Positions 9,806 through 17,043 of a stretch of 32,000 bases of DNA are shown here, in pieces (positions within the stretch are counted from its first letter, which is position 1; the number at the start of each line of letters is the position of its first letter). The position numbers and the translations under genes are program-made. The stretch is from Pseudidiomarina andamanensis (GTDB lineage Bacteria > Pseudomonadota > Gammaproteobacteria > Enterobacterales > Alteromonadaceae). The notes beneath the pieces were generated by a model. It saw only the letters and a list, made by a program, of their open reading frames with translations. It did not search any database and had not been told where the DNA came from. The DNA lies in the NCBI RefSeq assembly GCF_009734345.1, contig NZ_CP032551.1:1680001-1712000 (forward strand), given 5' to 3'.

Positions 9806-10010
9806 AAGTACGTGTACCTGATTCGAAATAAAGAAAATAACATCTGTGAATAGTGCCATTGTAGAGCTATTCGACACAATAAGACATCTTACCTGATGCG
9901 CCGTTGATGACAGCTACGTGATCTTAACCGAGATAAAGAGAGGAAAGTTGACGGTTGTTTAAATTGACACCATCGATTTTTTCAATGGCCACGCGACATT
10001 GCGCCGAATC

Positions 10011-10042
10011 TAAAAATAAAAAAGGCGCCTTCTGGCGCCTTT
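10011..10042 (-). terminator. intrinsic terminator downstream of rpmE
   Basis: Read on the minus strand: AAAGGCGCC-agaa-GGCGCCTTT followed by TTTATTTTT, 35 nt after the rpmE stop. The plus-strand reading has a weaker TTTCTT tail, so it may act in both directions. Confidence 0.75.
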
Positions 10043-10076
10043 CTTATAATTTCGAGAAGAAATGTCCAAAACTGGA

Positions 10077-10292
10077 TTATTTCTTGCCACCCAACATGTT
10101 GAAACGCTTGTTGAATTTCTCGATACGACCGCCAGTATCCATAATACGCTGTTTACCAGTGTAGAATGGGTGACACTCTGAACATACGTCCAAGTGCAAC
10201 TCGCCGCCTTTAGTTGAGTGAGTCACAAAAGAGTGACCACAAGAGCATGATACTTTCAGCTCGGTATATTCTGGATGAATACCTGGTTTCAT
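10077..10292 (-). CDS. rpmE: 50S ribosomal protein L31 (zinc-binding type)
   Basis: 71 aa starting MKPGIHPEY, with the CxC...CxxC zinc ribbon (CSCGHSF...[10 protein letters not shown]). Confidence 0.97.
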   Translation of the reverse strand: MKPGIHPEYTELKVSCSCGHSFVTHSTKGGELHLDVCSECHPFYTGKQRIMDTGGRIEKFNKRFNMLGGKK

Positions 10293-10403
10293 GGGGTTAC
10301 CTCGTTAGGCTGCATCGCCACCCGACCCGAAGTCGAGCACCACGCAAATTACTGTTTCAAAAAAGCGCTGATTTATTAATCAACACGACAAATTAGGGCG
10401 CGA

Positions 10404-10432
10404 ATTATAAGCGCCAAGCCCCTCAAGATCAA
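10404..10432 (-). promoter_or_regulatory. sigma70 promoter candidate for rpmE
   Basis: On the minus strand: TTGATC (reverse complement of 10427-10432), a 17-nt spacer, then TATAAT (reverse complement of 10404-10409). The implied leader before the rpmE ATG is about 100 nt. Confidence 0.6.
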
Positions 10433-10433
10433 G

Positions 10434-10551
10434 AGCGTTGCTCGTTACTCGTTCTTCGTTATTCGTTATTGGTTATTCGAAAAAGCGAAAGACGACCAAC
10501 CAGCGAGCAAAACAAACGAATAACGAGTAACGAATAACCAATAACGTTTTT
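10434..10551 (+). repeat. heptamer-built palindromic intergenic element, copy C
   Basis: Left array at 10436-10477: cgttgct cgttact cgttctt cgttatt cgttatt ggttatt. Right array at 10517-10546: cgaataa cgagtaa cgaataa ccaataa cg, followed by TTTTT. The core shares TTCGAAAA(A)GCGAAA.ACGA and AGCGA.CAAAACAAACGA blocks with copy B in the same order. Confidence 0.8.
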
Positions 10552-10587
10552 GTATTTTTATTCTTGTTTTGTGCATTTTTATGCAGT
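10549..10587 (+). promoter_or_regulatory. tandem ARG boxes (ArgR operator) with overlapping argC promoter candidate
   Basis: Two 14-bp cores, TGTATTTTTATTCT (10551-10564) and TGCATTTTTATGCA (10572-10585). Each matches TGAATwwwwATTCA at 12/14. Centres are exactly 21 bp apart, which equals two 18-bp boxes separated by 3 bp. Possible -35 is TTGTTT (10564-10569) and -10 is TATTAT (10588-10593). Confidence 0.55.
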
Positions 10588-10632
10588 ATTATTTATTCAT
10601 CTTTTGAGTCATTTTCTAGTGAGCGAGTTTGA

Positions 10633-11655
10633 TTGGTGGAACAGAGTAAATCAATTCCATGCGCAGTGTTTGGGGCGAGCGGCTATAGCGGCGTTGAGCT
10701 GGTGTGGCTGCTGCATAACCATCCACAATTCTCGCTTGAGTATGCTTTTTCTTCCGGCGCACGTGAAGACGCAGAGCCAATTGCTAGTTTGTATCCCCAA
10801 TTAGCGGGACAGCTTGATGTTATTCTGCAACCTTGGCACTCGAATTTGCTGAGTCAGTTGTCTCAGCAAGTTCGAGTGGTTTTTTTAGCGCTACCTCATG
10901 AAGCGAGTGCTGAAATTGCACCAGTTCTGGTCAACGCTGGGTTGTTGGTTTTTGATCTATCTGGCGCATTTCGGCTTCGCGACCCTTTGGTGCATCAGCA
11001 GGCTTATGGTTTTGAACGCTCTGCCAACGTTCCTGAAACGATTCCCTATGGCCTAGCCGAATGGACGACACTGTCTGGTACTGAGCAGCTTATTGCTGTG
11101 CCTGGCTGTTATCCGACTGTGGCTAGCTTGGCGTTAAAGCCGGTGCTGTCATTGATTGACAGCGTGCCGATGATCAATGCTGTCAGTGGTGTTTCGGGTG
11201 CTGGTCGCAAAGCGGCAATTCAAACTAGCTTTTGTGAAGTGAGTCTGGCGGCCTATGGCGTTGCGACGCATCGGCACCAACCCGAAATTGCACAAACAAT
11301 TGGCCATGATGTGATTTTTGTACCGCACTTAGGAAATTTCAAACGTGGCATTTTGGCAACCATTTATGCCCGGCTGAAATCAGACGTTTCGCAAGCGACT
11401 ATTGATGCAGCTTATCAGCAGGCCTACGCTACTGCACCGTTGATTCGTTTGCGCCAACAACCACCTGCTATTGGCGATGTTGTCGGTACCGCTTTCTGCG
11501 ATATTCACCCTGTTGTGCATCAAGGTCACTTGGTTATTTGCGCCGCTATCGACAACCTCTTAAAAGGTGCTGCGGCACAAGCGGTGCAATTAGCCAATCA
11601 GTATTTTGCTTTTGATAGTGCACTCGGTTTGCAGCAGCGCGGAGGTGTGGTATGA
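10633..11655 (+). CDS. argC: N-acetyl-gamma-glutamyl-phosphate reductase
   Basis: 340 aa with NAD-binding GASGYSG and the catalytic-Cys motif PGCYPT. There is no in-frame ATG near the 5' end, so the start is TTG 10633 or GTG 10636 and remains uncertain. Its stop overlaps the argB start (ATGA). Confidence 0.92.
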   Translation: MVEQSKSIPCAVFGASGYSGVELVWLLHNHPQFSLEYAFSSGAREDAEPIASLYPQLAGQLDVILQPWHSNLLSQLSQQVRVVFLALPHEASAEIAPVLVNAGLLVFDLSGAFRLRDPLVHQQAYGFERSANVPETIPYGLAEWTTLSGTEQLIAVPGCYPTVASLALKPVLSLIDSVPMINAVSGVSGAGRKAAIQTSFCEVSLAAYGVATHRHQPEIAQTIGHDVIFVPHLGNFKRGILATIYARLKSDVSQATIDAAYQQAYATAPLIRLRQQPPAIGDVVGTAFCDIHPVVHQGHLVICAAIDNLLKGAAAQAVQLANQYFAFDSALGLQQRGGVV

Positions 11656-12419
11656 CATCACCTCTTGTGATCAAGCTTGGCGGCCGGGTATTACAAAGTG
11701 CTAGCAATTTAGAGCGATTGTTGACCACGGTTCAGCAGCTTGCCCTGTTGCGCCCATTAGTTTTGGTTCATGGCGGCGGTGACCAAGTTGAATCGCTGTT
11801 GCTACAGCTGGGCCACACCAGTTTGAAAGTAGACGGTCAGCGCATTACCCCTGCGGTACAAATGCCAATTGTTGCCGGTGTTTTGGCTGGTGATGTGAAC
11901 AGCCAGTTAGTTGCGCTTGCGCAGCAACATCAACTCAATGCCGTTGGTTTAACCCTCGCTGCTGGGCATAGTATTGCCTGCGACGTCGATGCAAGTCGTG
12001 GTGCCGTTGGTATTCCGAAACCCAATGACGCGACCCTGCTACAGCTATTGTTAGATAAAAATTTCTTACCTATTTTGAGCTCAATTGGCGCCAGTGATAG
12101 CGGCGAGCGGTTAAACGTGAACGCCGATTTAGCTGCTGCTGCAGTTGCCCAACTGCTGCATGCTGATTTAATTCTCCTCACTGATGTGCCCGGAATTCTG
12201 GACAAAAACGGTGACCTCATTGAAACCATTCTTGCCGACCAAGCAGATGTCCTCATTGCGGATGGCACTGTGCGTGACGGCATGCTGGTGAAACTTAATG
12301 CGGCCGTGCAAGCGGCGCGTGCCTCGCGACGAAGTATCGCGGTGGCCGGCTGGCAAGACGCCAAAGCGCTCACCCGACTGGCAAGGGGTGAAGCAGCCGG
12401 AACCCGCATCCGTCTCTAA
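11652..12419 (+). CDS. argB: acetylglutamate kinase
   Basis: 255 aa with VIKLGG and VHGGG motifs, collinear with enterobacterial-type ArgB. Confidence 0.93.
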   Translation: MTSPLVIKLGGRVLQSASNLERLLTTVQQLALLRPLVLVHGGGDQVESLLLQLGHTSLKVDGQRITPAVQMPIVAGVLAGDVNSQLVALAQQHQLNAVGLTLAAGHSIACDVDASRGAVGIPKPNDATLLQLLLDKNFLPILSSIGASDSGERLNVNADLAAAAVAQLLHADLILLTDVPGILDKNGDLIETILADQADVLIADGTVRDGMLVKLNAAVQAARASRRSIAVAGWQDAKALTRLARGEAAGTRIRL

Positions 12420-12462
12420 TTGCCACGCTATTTCGAATTTTTAGTTGTAGGTAACAACATCC

Positions 12463-13377
12463 ATGAATGATTTACTTGAAATGCCGGCACTCAGCCCGCA
12501 ACAAACCACTGATTTATTGCAGTTAGCGCAAACTATCAAACAGCGCCCAACCGCGTGGTCAACCTATTTACAAGGCAAAAGCATTGCACTGTTATTTGAG
12601 AAGCCATCATTGCGCACACGTGCAAGCTTTGCCGCCGGTATTCACCGTTTAGGTGGCCATAGCATTTATTTAGATGCACAAAACCTCATTGGTGAGCGCG
12701 AGCCTGCCACCGATGTTGGTGCAAATTTGGCGCTTTGGCATGATGCAATTGTGGCGCGGGTTTATTCGCAACATACACTAAGCGATCTTGCAACAGCTTC
12801 AGATAAGCCGGTTGTGAACGCCCTGAGCGATACTTGTCACCCATGCCAAGCATTAGCTGACTTACTCACGTTACAAGAGCAACTCGGCGATTTAAGCCAA
12901 GTACACCTCACCTACATTGGCGACGGTAATAACGTCTGCCAAGCATTAATGGCGGGCGCTGCGCGCACTGGTATGCACATGCAGGTCGTGACGCCCGAGG
13001 GCTATGCGCCTGATGCAGTGCTTACTGCTGCGGCCCAACAGCAAGCCGAACAAACCGGTGGCTCAATTACTGTGTTGCACGATTTAACAAAACTGCAATC
13101 CACAGATGCTATTTATACCGATACTTGGTTCTCGATGGGGCAGAGTCGCGATAACAATGCGGTGATGCATGATTTCGCGCCATACCAAGTGAACAGTGAT
13201 TTAATGAAACGCCTTGGCGCCAAGTATTTTATGCACTGTTTGCCGGCTTATCGCGGTCGTGAAGTCACTGCAGAAGTTATCGATAGCCCACAAAGCTTGG
13301 TGTTAAAGCAAGCTGAAAACCGTTTACATGCGCAAAACGCAATTTTGGTCAAACTATTTGAAGGAGCTCACGCATGA
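12463..13377 (+). CDS. argF: ornithine carbamoyltransferase (anabolic)
   Basis: 304 aa with SLRTR (carbamoyl-phosphate site), HPCQ, DTWFSMG (ornithine-binding DxxxSMG) and HCLP. Confidence 0.9.
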   Translation: MNDLLEMPALSPQQTTDLLQLAQTIKQRPTAWSTYLQGKSIALLFEKPSLRTRASFAAGIHRLGGHSIYLDAQNLIGEREPATDVGANLALWHDAIVARVYSQHTLSDLATASDKPVVNALSDTCHPCQALADLLTLQEQLGDLSQVHLTYIGDGNNVCQALMAGAARTGMHMQVVTPEGYAPDAVLTAAAQQQAEQTGGSITVLHDLTKLQSTDAIYTDTWFSMGQSRDNNAVMHDFAPYQVNSDLMKRLGAKYFMHCLPAYRGREVTAEVIDSPQSLVLKQAENRLHAQNAILVKLFEGAHA

Positions 13378-14612
13378 GTAAGTCAGTTAATAAAGTCGTT
13401 CTAGCTTACTCAGGTGGCTTGGATACATCGGCGATTGTGCCTTGGTTAAAAGAAAACTATGACTGCGAGGTAGTCGCTTTTGTCGCTGACGTTGGCCAAG
13501 GTGATGAAGAACTCGAAGGCGTTGAAGCGAAGGCCATCGCCTCTGGCGCTAGCAGTTGCCATATTGTCGATTTGAAAGATAAATTCGCGCGCGAAGTTAT
13601 TTATCCAACGCTGAAAACTGGAGCAATCTACGAAGGCCAATATTTGCTTGGTACTGCTTTAGCTCGACCAATTATTGCTGAAGCTCAGGTTGCTGTTGCG
13701 CGCCAAGTTGGTGCCGATGCACTTGCACATGGCTGCACGGGTAAAGGCAACGATCAGGTTCGGTTTGAATCGGCTTTCGCCGCATTAGCACCTGAACTAA
13801 CCGTAATTGCACCTTGGCGCGAGTGGACCATGCGCTCACGTCCGCAGTTATTGGCGTATTTGGCCGAACGCAATATTCCATGCAGTGCATCAGCGACGAA
13901 AATTTATAGCCGCGATGCGAACCTTTGGCATATTTCAACCGAAGGTGGTGAACTGGAAGATCCGTGGAATGAGCCATCCGAGCAGGTCTGGACATGGACG
14001 GTGGCGCCTGAGCAAGCGCCCGATAAGCCGCAATACTTGCAGTTATCATTCGCGCACGGTGAACTGACCCACATTGATGGCCAGACGTTTGACCCTGTTG
14101 ATGCCATTTTGCACCTGAATCAAATTGCAGGTGCGCATGGTGTTGGCCGTCTCGATATGGTGGAAAACCGTTTGGTTGGTATGAAGTCTCGTGGTTGTTA
14201 TGAGACGCCAGCTGGCGAGGTGCTCTACGCCGCATTACAAGGGCTAGAAAGCCTGGTGCTGGATCGTACCACGCAAGATTATCGCATTCGTTTAGGTAAC
14301 GAGTTCGCGCAATTAATGTATGACGGTCGTTGGTTCACTCCGTTGAAAGATGTGATGTTAGCGTCGGCAACTAAAATTGCTGAACCGCTGAGTGGTGACA
14401 TTGTTGTTAAACTATACAAAGGCAAGGTAACAGTCACCCAGAAGCAGTCACCGAATAGCCTGTATTCAAATGCGTTTGCCACCTTTGATGAAGACGAAGT
14501 CTATAATCAAAAGCATGCCGAAGGCTTTATTCGTCTTTATAGTTTGGCCAATCGAATTCGAGCATTACATCAGCAGGCTGCTGATGACACCTCGACAACT
14601 GGCAAGGAGTAA
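13374..14612 (+). CDS. argG: argininosuccinate synthase
   Basis: 412 aa with the N-type ATP-PPase motif [13 protein letters not shown] overlap with argF. Confidence 0.96.
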   Translation: MSKSVNKVVLAYSGGLDTSAIVPWLKENYDCEVVAFVADVGQGDEELEGVEAKAIASGASSCHIVDLKDKFAREVIYPTLKTGAIYEGQYLLGTALARPIIAEAQVAVARQVGADALAHGCTGKGNDQVRFESAFAALAPELTVIAPWREWTMRSRPQLLAYLAERNIPCSASATKIYSRDANLWHISTEGGELEDPWNEPSEQVWTWTVAPEQAPDKPQYLQLSFAHGELTHIDGQTFDPVDAILHLNQIAGAHGVGRLDMVENRLVGMKSRGCYETPAGEVLYAALQGLESLVLDRTTQDYRIRLGNEFAQLMYDGRWFTPLKDVMLASATKIAEPLSGDIVVKLYKGKVTVTQKQSPNSLYSNAFATFDEDEVYNQKHAEGFIRLYSLANRIRALHQQAADDTSTTGKE

Positions 14613-14615
14613 GTC

Positions 14616-16457
14616 ATGAGCTTATGGGGTGGACGGTTCAGTGAGCCAAGCGCCGCTGAATTTAAACAGTTTAATGACTCACTGCGCTTTGATTACGTGT
14701 TGGCGCCGTTTGACCTGCAAGCATCAAAAGCTTGGGCTGGTGCATTGCAACAGGCTGGTTTAATCAGCACTGATGAAAATCAGCAGTTACAGCAAGCGCT
14801 AACCGCCTTAGCGAAGCAGGTTGCGAAGCAGCCAGAATTGCCGTTGCAAAGCGATGCTGAGGATATCCACAGCTGGGTGGAAGCCCAGCTGATTGAACAA
14901 ATTGGGGCAACCGCAAAGAAACTGCATACCGGTCGTAGCCGCAATGATTTGGTGGCAACGGACTTGCGTTTGTTCTGCAAGCAGTTTGCGCAGCATTTGG
15001 TGACGGCAAACCTCGCGGCCATTGAGAACTTGTTGAGTTTTGCACAAACCTACCAAGATGCCATGCTGCCGGGTTATACCCACTTGCAACGGGCGCAACC
15101 CATTGTCGCAGGGCATTGGGCGATGGCCTACGTAAGTATGCTGCAACGTGATGTCAGCCGCTTGCGTGAAACTATCCGTCGGTTGGATGTGAGCCCTCTG
15201 GGCAGTGGGGCTTTGGCTGGTACTACAGCTGCTATTGACCGAGAGGCACTCGCCCACGAATTAGGTTTCCGTCACGCCTGTGAAAATAGCCTTGACGGGG
15301 TATCTGATCGCGACTTCGTACTGGATTTATTAAATGCGGCGAGCACTGGCATGCTTCATTTATCGCGCTTAGCTGAAGACGTTATTTTTTATTGTTCAGG
15401 CGAGTCGGGCTGTTTCAGTATGAGCGACAAGATCAGCAGCGGCTCATCATTGATGCCACAGAAGAAAAATCCTGATTTGTTTGAGTTGTTACGTGGTAAG
15501 ACTGGTCGCGTCATGGGTCATCAGCATGCCATGCAGATTACCCTGAAAGGGCTGCCGTTGGCGTACAACAAAGACATGCAAGAAGACAAAGAAGGCTTGT
15601 TTGATGCGTTGCATGCTTATTTGCAGTGCTTGCAGATGCTTGCTTTTGCGATGCCTGAATTGAAGGTGAATAAAGAGCACGCTGCACTTCAAGCTGCTTT
15701 GGGGTACAGCAACGCCACCGAACTGGCCGATTATCTGGTTAGTAAAGGTGTGCCGTTCCGTGATGCACACCACCTCACCGGTGAGTTAGTCGTAAAAGCC
15801 CAGCAACAAGGCGTTGCCCTTGAGCAGCTCACACTCGATGATTTTAAGCAGGTGTGTGACCTTGTCGACAACGACGTTTACGCCACGTTAGATCTTGCTT
15901 ACGGTTTGCAGCAGCGCAAAGCCATGGGCGGCACTGCGCCAAGCGCCGTTAAAGTTGCGATTAAACATGCGCAAGATTGGTTGCACGCAGCAGAAGCAGC
16001 AAGCAAACATGTGCGCCAAGCACGCTTGAGCGATGTGGATAAAATTTGCGAGCTCATTGCCTATTGGGCCGACCAAGGCGAAAATTTACCGCGTGATAAA
16101 GCGGATATTCTGCAAGCGATTCAGAGTTTTGCGGTTGCTGAAATTGACGATGAGGTGGTTGGTTGTGCTGCGCTTTACGTGTACAGCACCGGTTTAGCCG
16201 AAATTCGTAGCTTGGGCTTATTCCCAAGCGCTCAAGGCAAAGGTCTTGGCGCTGAATTGGTCGCATTTTTATTGTGGAAAGCGCGAGAACTCGGCATTAC
16301 GCGTACGATTGTGCTCACTCGTGTGCCGGAATTTTTCGGTAAGCTCAATTTCCGCCTGACGCTGAAAGAAAAGCTACCGGAAAAAGTCATGAAAGATTGT
16401 GACTTGTGCCCGCGCAAACATAATTGCGACGAAACCGCGTTGGAATATTTGCTTTAA
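14616..16457 (+). CDS. argH: bifunctional argininosuccinate lyase / GNAT N-acetylglutamate-synthase-like protein, ArgH(A)
   Basis: 613 aa. Residues 1 to about 460 are ArgH, with the fumarate-lyase signature GSSLMPQKKNPD. Residues from about 468 to 613 (about nt 16017-16454) form a GNAT domain with acetyl-CoA motif QGKGLGAELV. Confidence 0.92.
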   Translation: MSLWGGRFSEPSAAEFKQFNDSLRFDYVLAPFDLQASKAWAGALQQAGLISTDENQQLQQALTALAKQVAKQPELPLQSDAEDIHSWVEAQLIEQIGATAKKLHTGRSRNDLVATDLRLFCKQFAQHLVTANLAAIENLLSFAQTYQDAMLPGYTHLQRAQPIVAGHWAMAYVSMLQRDVSRLRETIRRLDVSPLGSGALAGTTAAIDREALAHELGFRHACENSLDGVSDRDFVLDLLNAASTGMLHLSRLAEDVIFYCSGESGCFSMSDKISSGSSLMPQKKNPDLFELLRGKTGRVMGHQHAMQITLKGLPLAYNKDMQEDKEGLFDALHAYLQCLQMLAFAMPELKVNKEHAALQAALGYSNATELADYLVSKGVPFRDAHHLTGELVVKAQQQGVALEQLTLDDFKQVCDLVDNDVYATLDLAYGLQQRKAMGGTAPSAVKVAIKHAQDWLHAAEAASKHVRQARLSDVDKICELIAYWADQGENLPRDKADILQAIQSFAVAEIDDEVVGCAALYVYSTGLAEIRSLGLFPSAQGKGLGAELVAFLLWKARELGITRTIVLTRVPEFFGKLNFRLTLKEKLPEKVMKDCDLCPRKHNCDETALEYLL

Positions 16458-16478
16458 AAATACTTGTTGCGAAGACTA

Positions 16479-16510
16479 AGCTGCAGTTTTCAACGACTGC
16501 AGCTTTTTTA
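16479..16510 (+). terminator. intrinsic terminator after argH(A)
   Basis: Stem GCTGCAG (16480-16486) pairs with CTGCAGC (16497-16503). The loop is 10 nt and is followed by TTTTTT (16504-16509). It lies 22 nt after the argH stop and abuts the convergent metJ stop. Confidence 0.65.
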
Positions 16511-16837
16511 TTATTCGACGTCGTCGCTTATGTCTTCAGGAATGGGTAACCCGCGACGCTGCAATTCTTCACGCACCGCTCTTGGAATTTTATTGGGGTT
16601 ATCTTTGCGAAGGTCATCATCGGTTGGTAGCGGTTGCCCGGTAAATGCATGCAAAAATGCTTCGCATAACAATTCACTATTGGTGGCATGACGCAGGTTC
16701 TTTACTTGGCGACGGGTTCGCTCATCAGTGAGTACTTTGAGTACACGTGTAGGAATTGACACGGTGATTTTCTTCACGTGCTCGCTTTTTTTCCCGTGTT
16801 CAACATACGGGTAAATATAATCGCCGTCCCATTCCAT
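16511..16837 (-). CDS. metJ: methionine repressor MetJ
   Basis: From [29 protein letters not shown]...[34 protein letters not shown] it is nearly identical to E. coli MetJ. The start is placed at 16837, not the 6-codon longer ORF-track start. Confidence 0.95.
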   Translation of the reverse strand: MEWDGDYIYPYVEHGKKSEHVKKITVSIPTRVLKVLTDERTRRQVKNLRHATNSELLCEAFLHAFTGQPLPTDDDLRKDNPNKIPRAVREELQRRGLPIPEDISDDVE

Positions 16838-16920
16838 ACTGCACCTCGTGTTCAATGTGTGACTAAAAGACCCTGCACAATGTGTTGAATTGTACTGGTG
16901 AAATTGGCACAGTCAACTTT

Positions 16921-16944
16921 ATACGCATAGCTGTCTATACGTCT
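16921..16944. promoter_or_regulatory. three tandem Met boxes (MetJ operator candidate)
   Basis: ATACGCAT-AGCTGTCT-ATACGTCT are contiguous 8-mers matching AGACGTCT at 5/8, 6/8 and 7/8. They lie in the divergent metJ-metL spacer. Confidence 0.5.
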
Positions 16945-17043
16945 TTTTGTGCTAACCTTGCGTAATGACGCTTTATTGGCACTACAACGCGCCGTATAAT
17001 CGAGTTTTTATTTTCTTTTCTCACAGGAGAGCGCACACGCATC

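Noticed and set aside
9806-9877. 24-codon N-terminal extension of the malic enzyme ORF (MSNSSTMALFTDVIFFISNQVHVL)
   Set aside because: MaeB-type proteins begin close to the ...ALDYH motif, and the internal ATG at 9805 gives that N-terminus. The extension is hydrophobic junk with no homolog-like features.
9955-10164. 69-aa + strand ORF spanning the rpmE terminator and 3' end
   Set aside because: It runs through a strong terminator hairpin and is antisense to rpmE. It has a non-ATG start and no motif support.
6086-10551. Heptamer arrays as a CRISPR array, or as iterons of a replication origin
   Set aside because: The units are 7 bp, contiguous and without spacers, and are arranged as inverted arrays. 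No cas genes, DnaA boxes or rep genes are nearby. The 7-bp phase does not match helical-repeat operator arrays.
10550-10804. 84-aa + strand ORF starting in the argC upstream region
   Set aside because: It starts inside the ARG-box/promoter region, is out of frame with and overlaps argC, and its product is hydrophobic low-complexity sequence. It is most likely non-coding.
11930-12409. 159-aa minus-strand ORF inside argB, and similar antisense ORFs in argG (13672-14235), argH (14808-15257), pilQ (25323-25654 and 26243-26704) and aroK (27105-27749)
   Set aside because: All lie antisense to genes with clear family motifs. Their translations are Ser/Arg/Ala-rich, as expected for the reverse frame of coding DNA. 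None has a plausible ribosome-binding site context that I could see.
12463-13377. ArgF as an N-acetyl- or N-succinyl-ornithine carbamoyltransferase, given the atypical arg gene set
   Set aside because: The canonical ornithine-binding DxxxSMG (DTWFSMG) and HCLP motifs of true OTCases are present.
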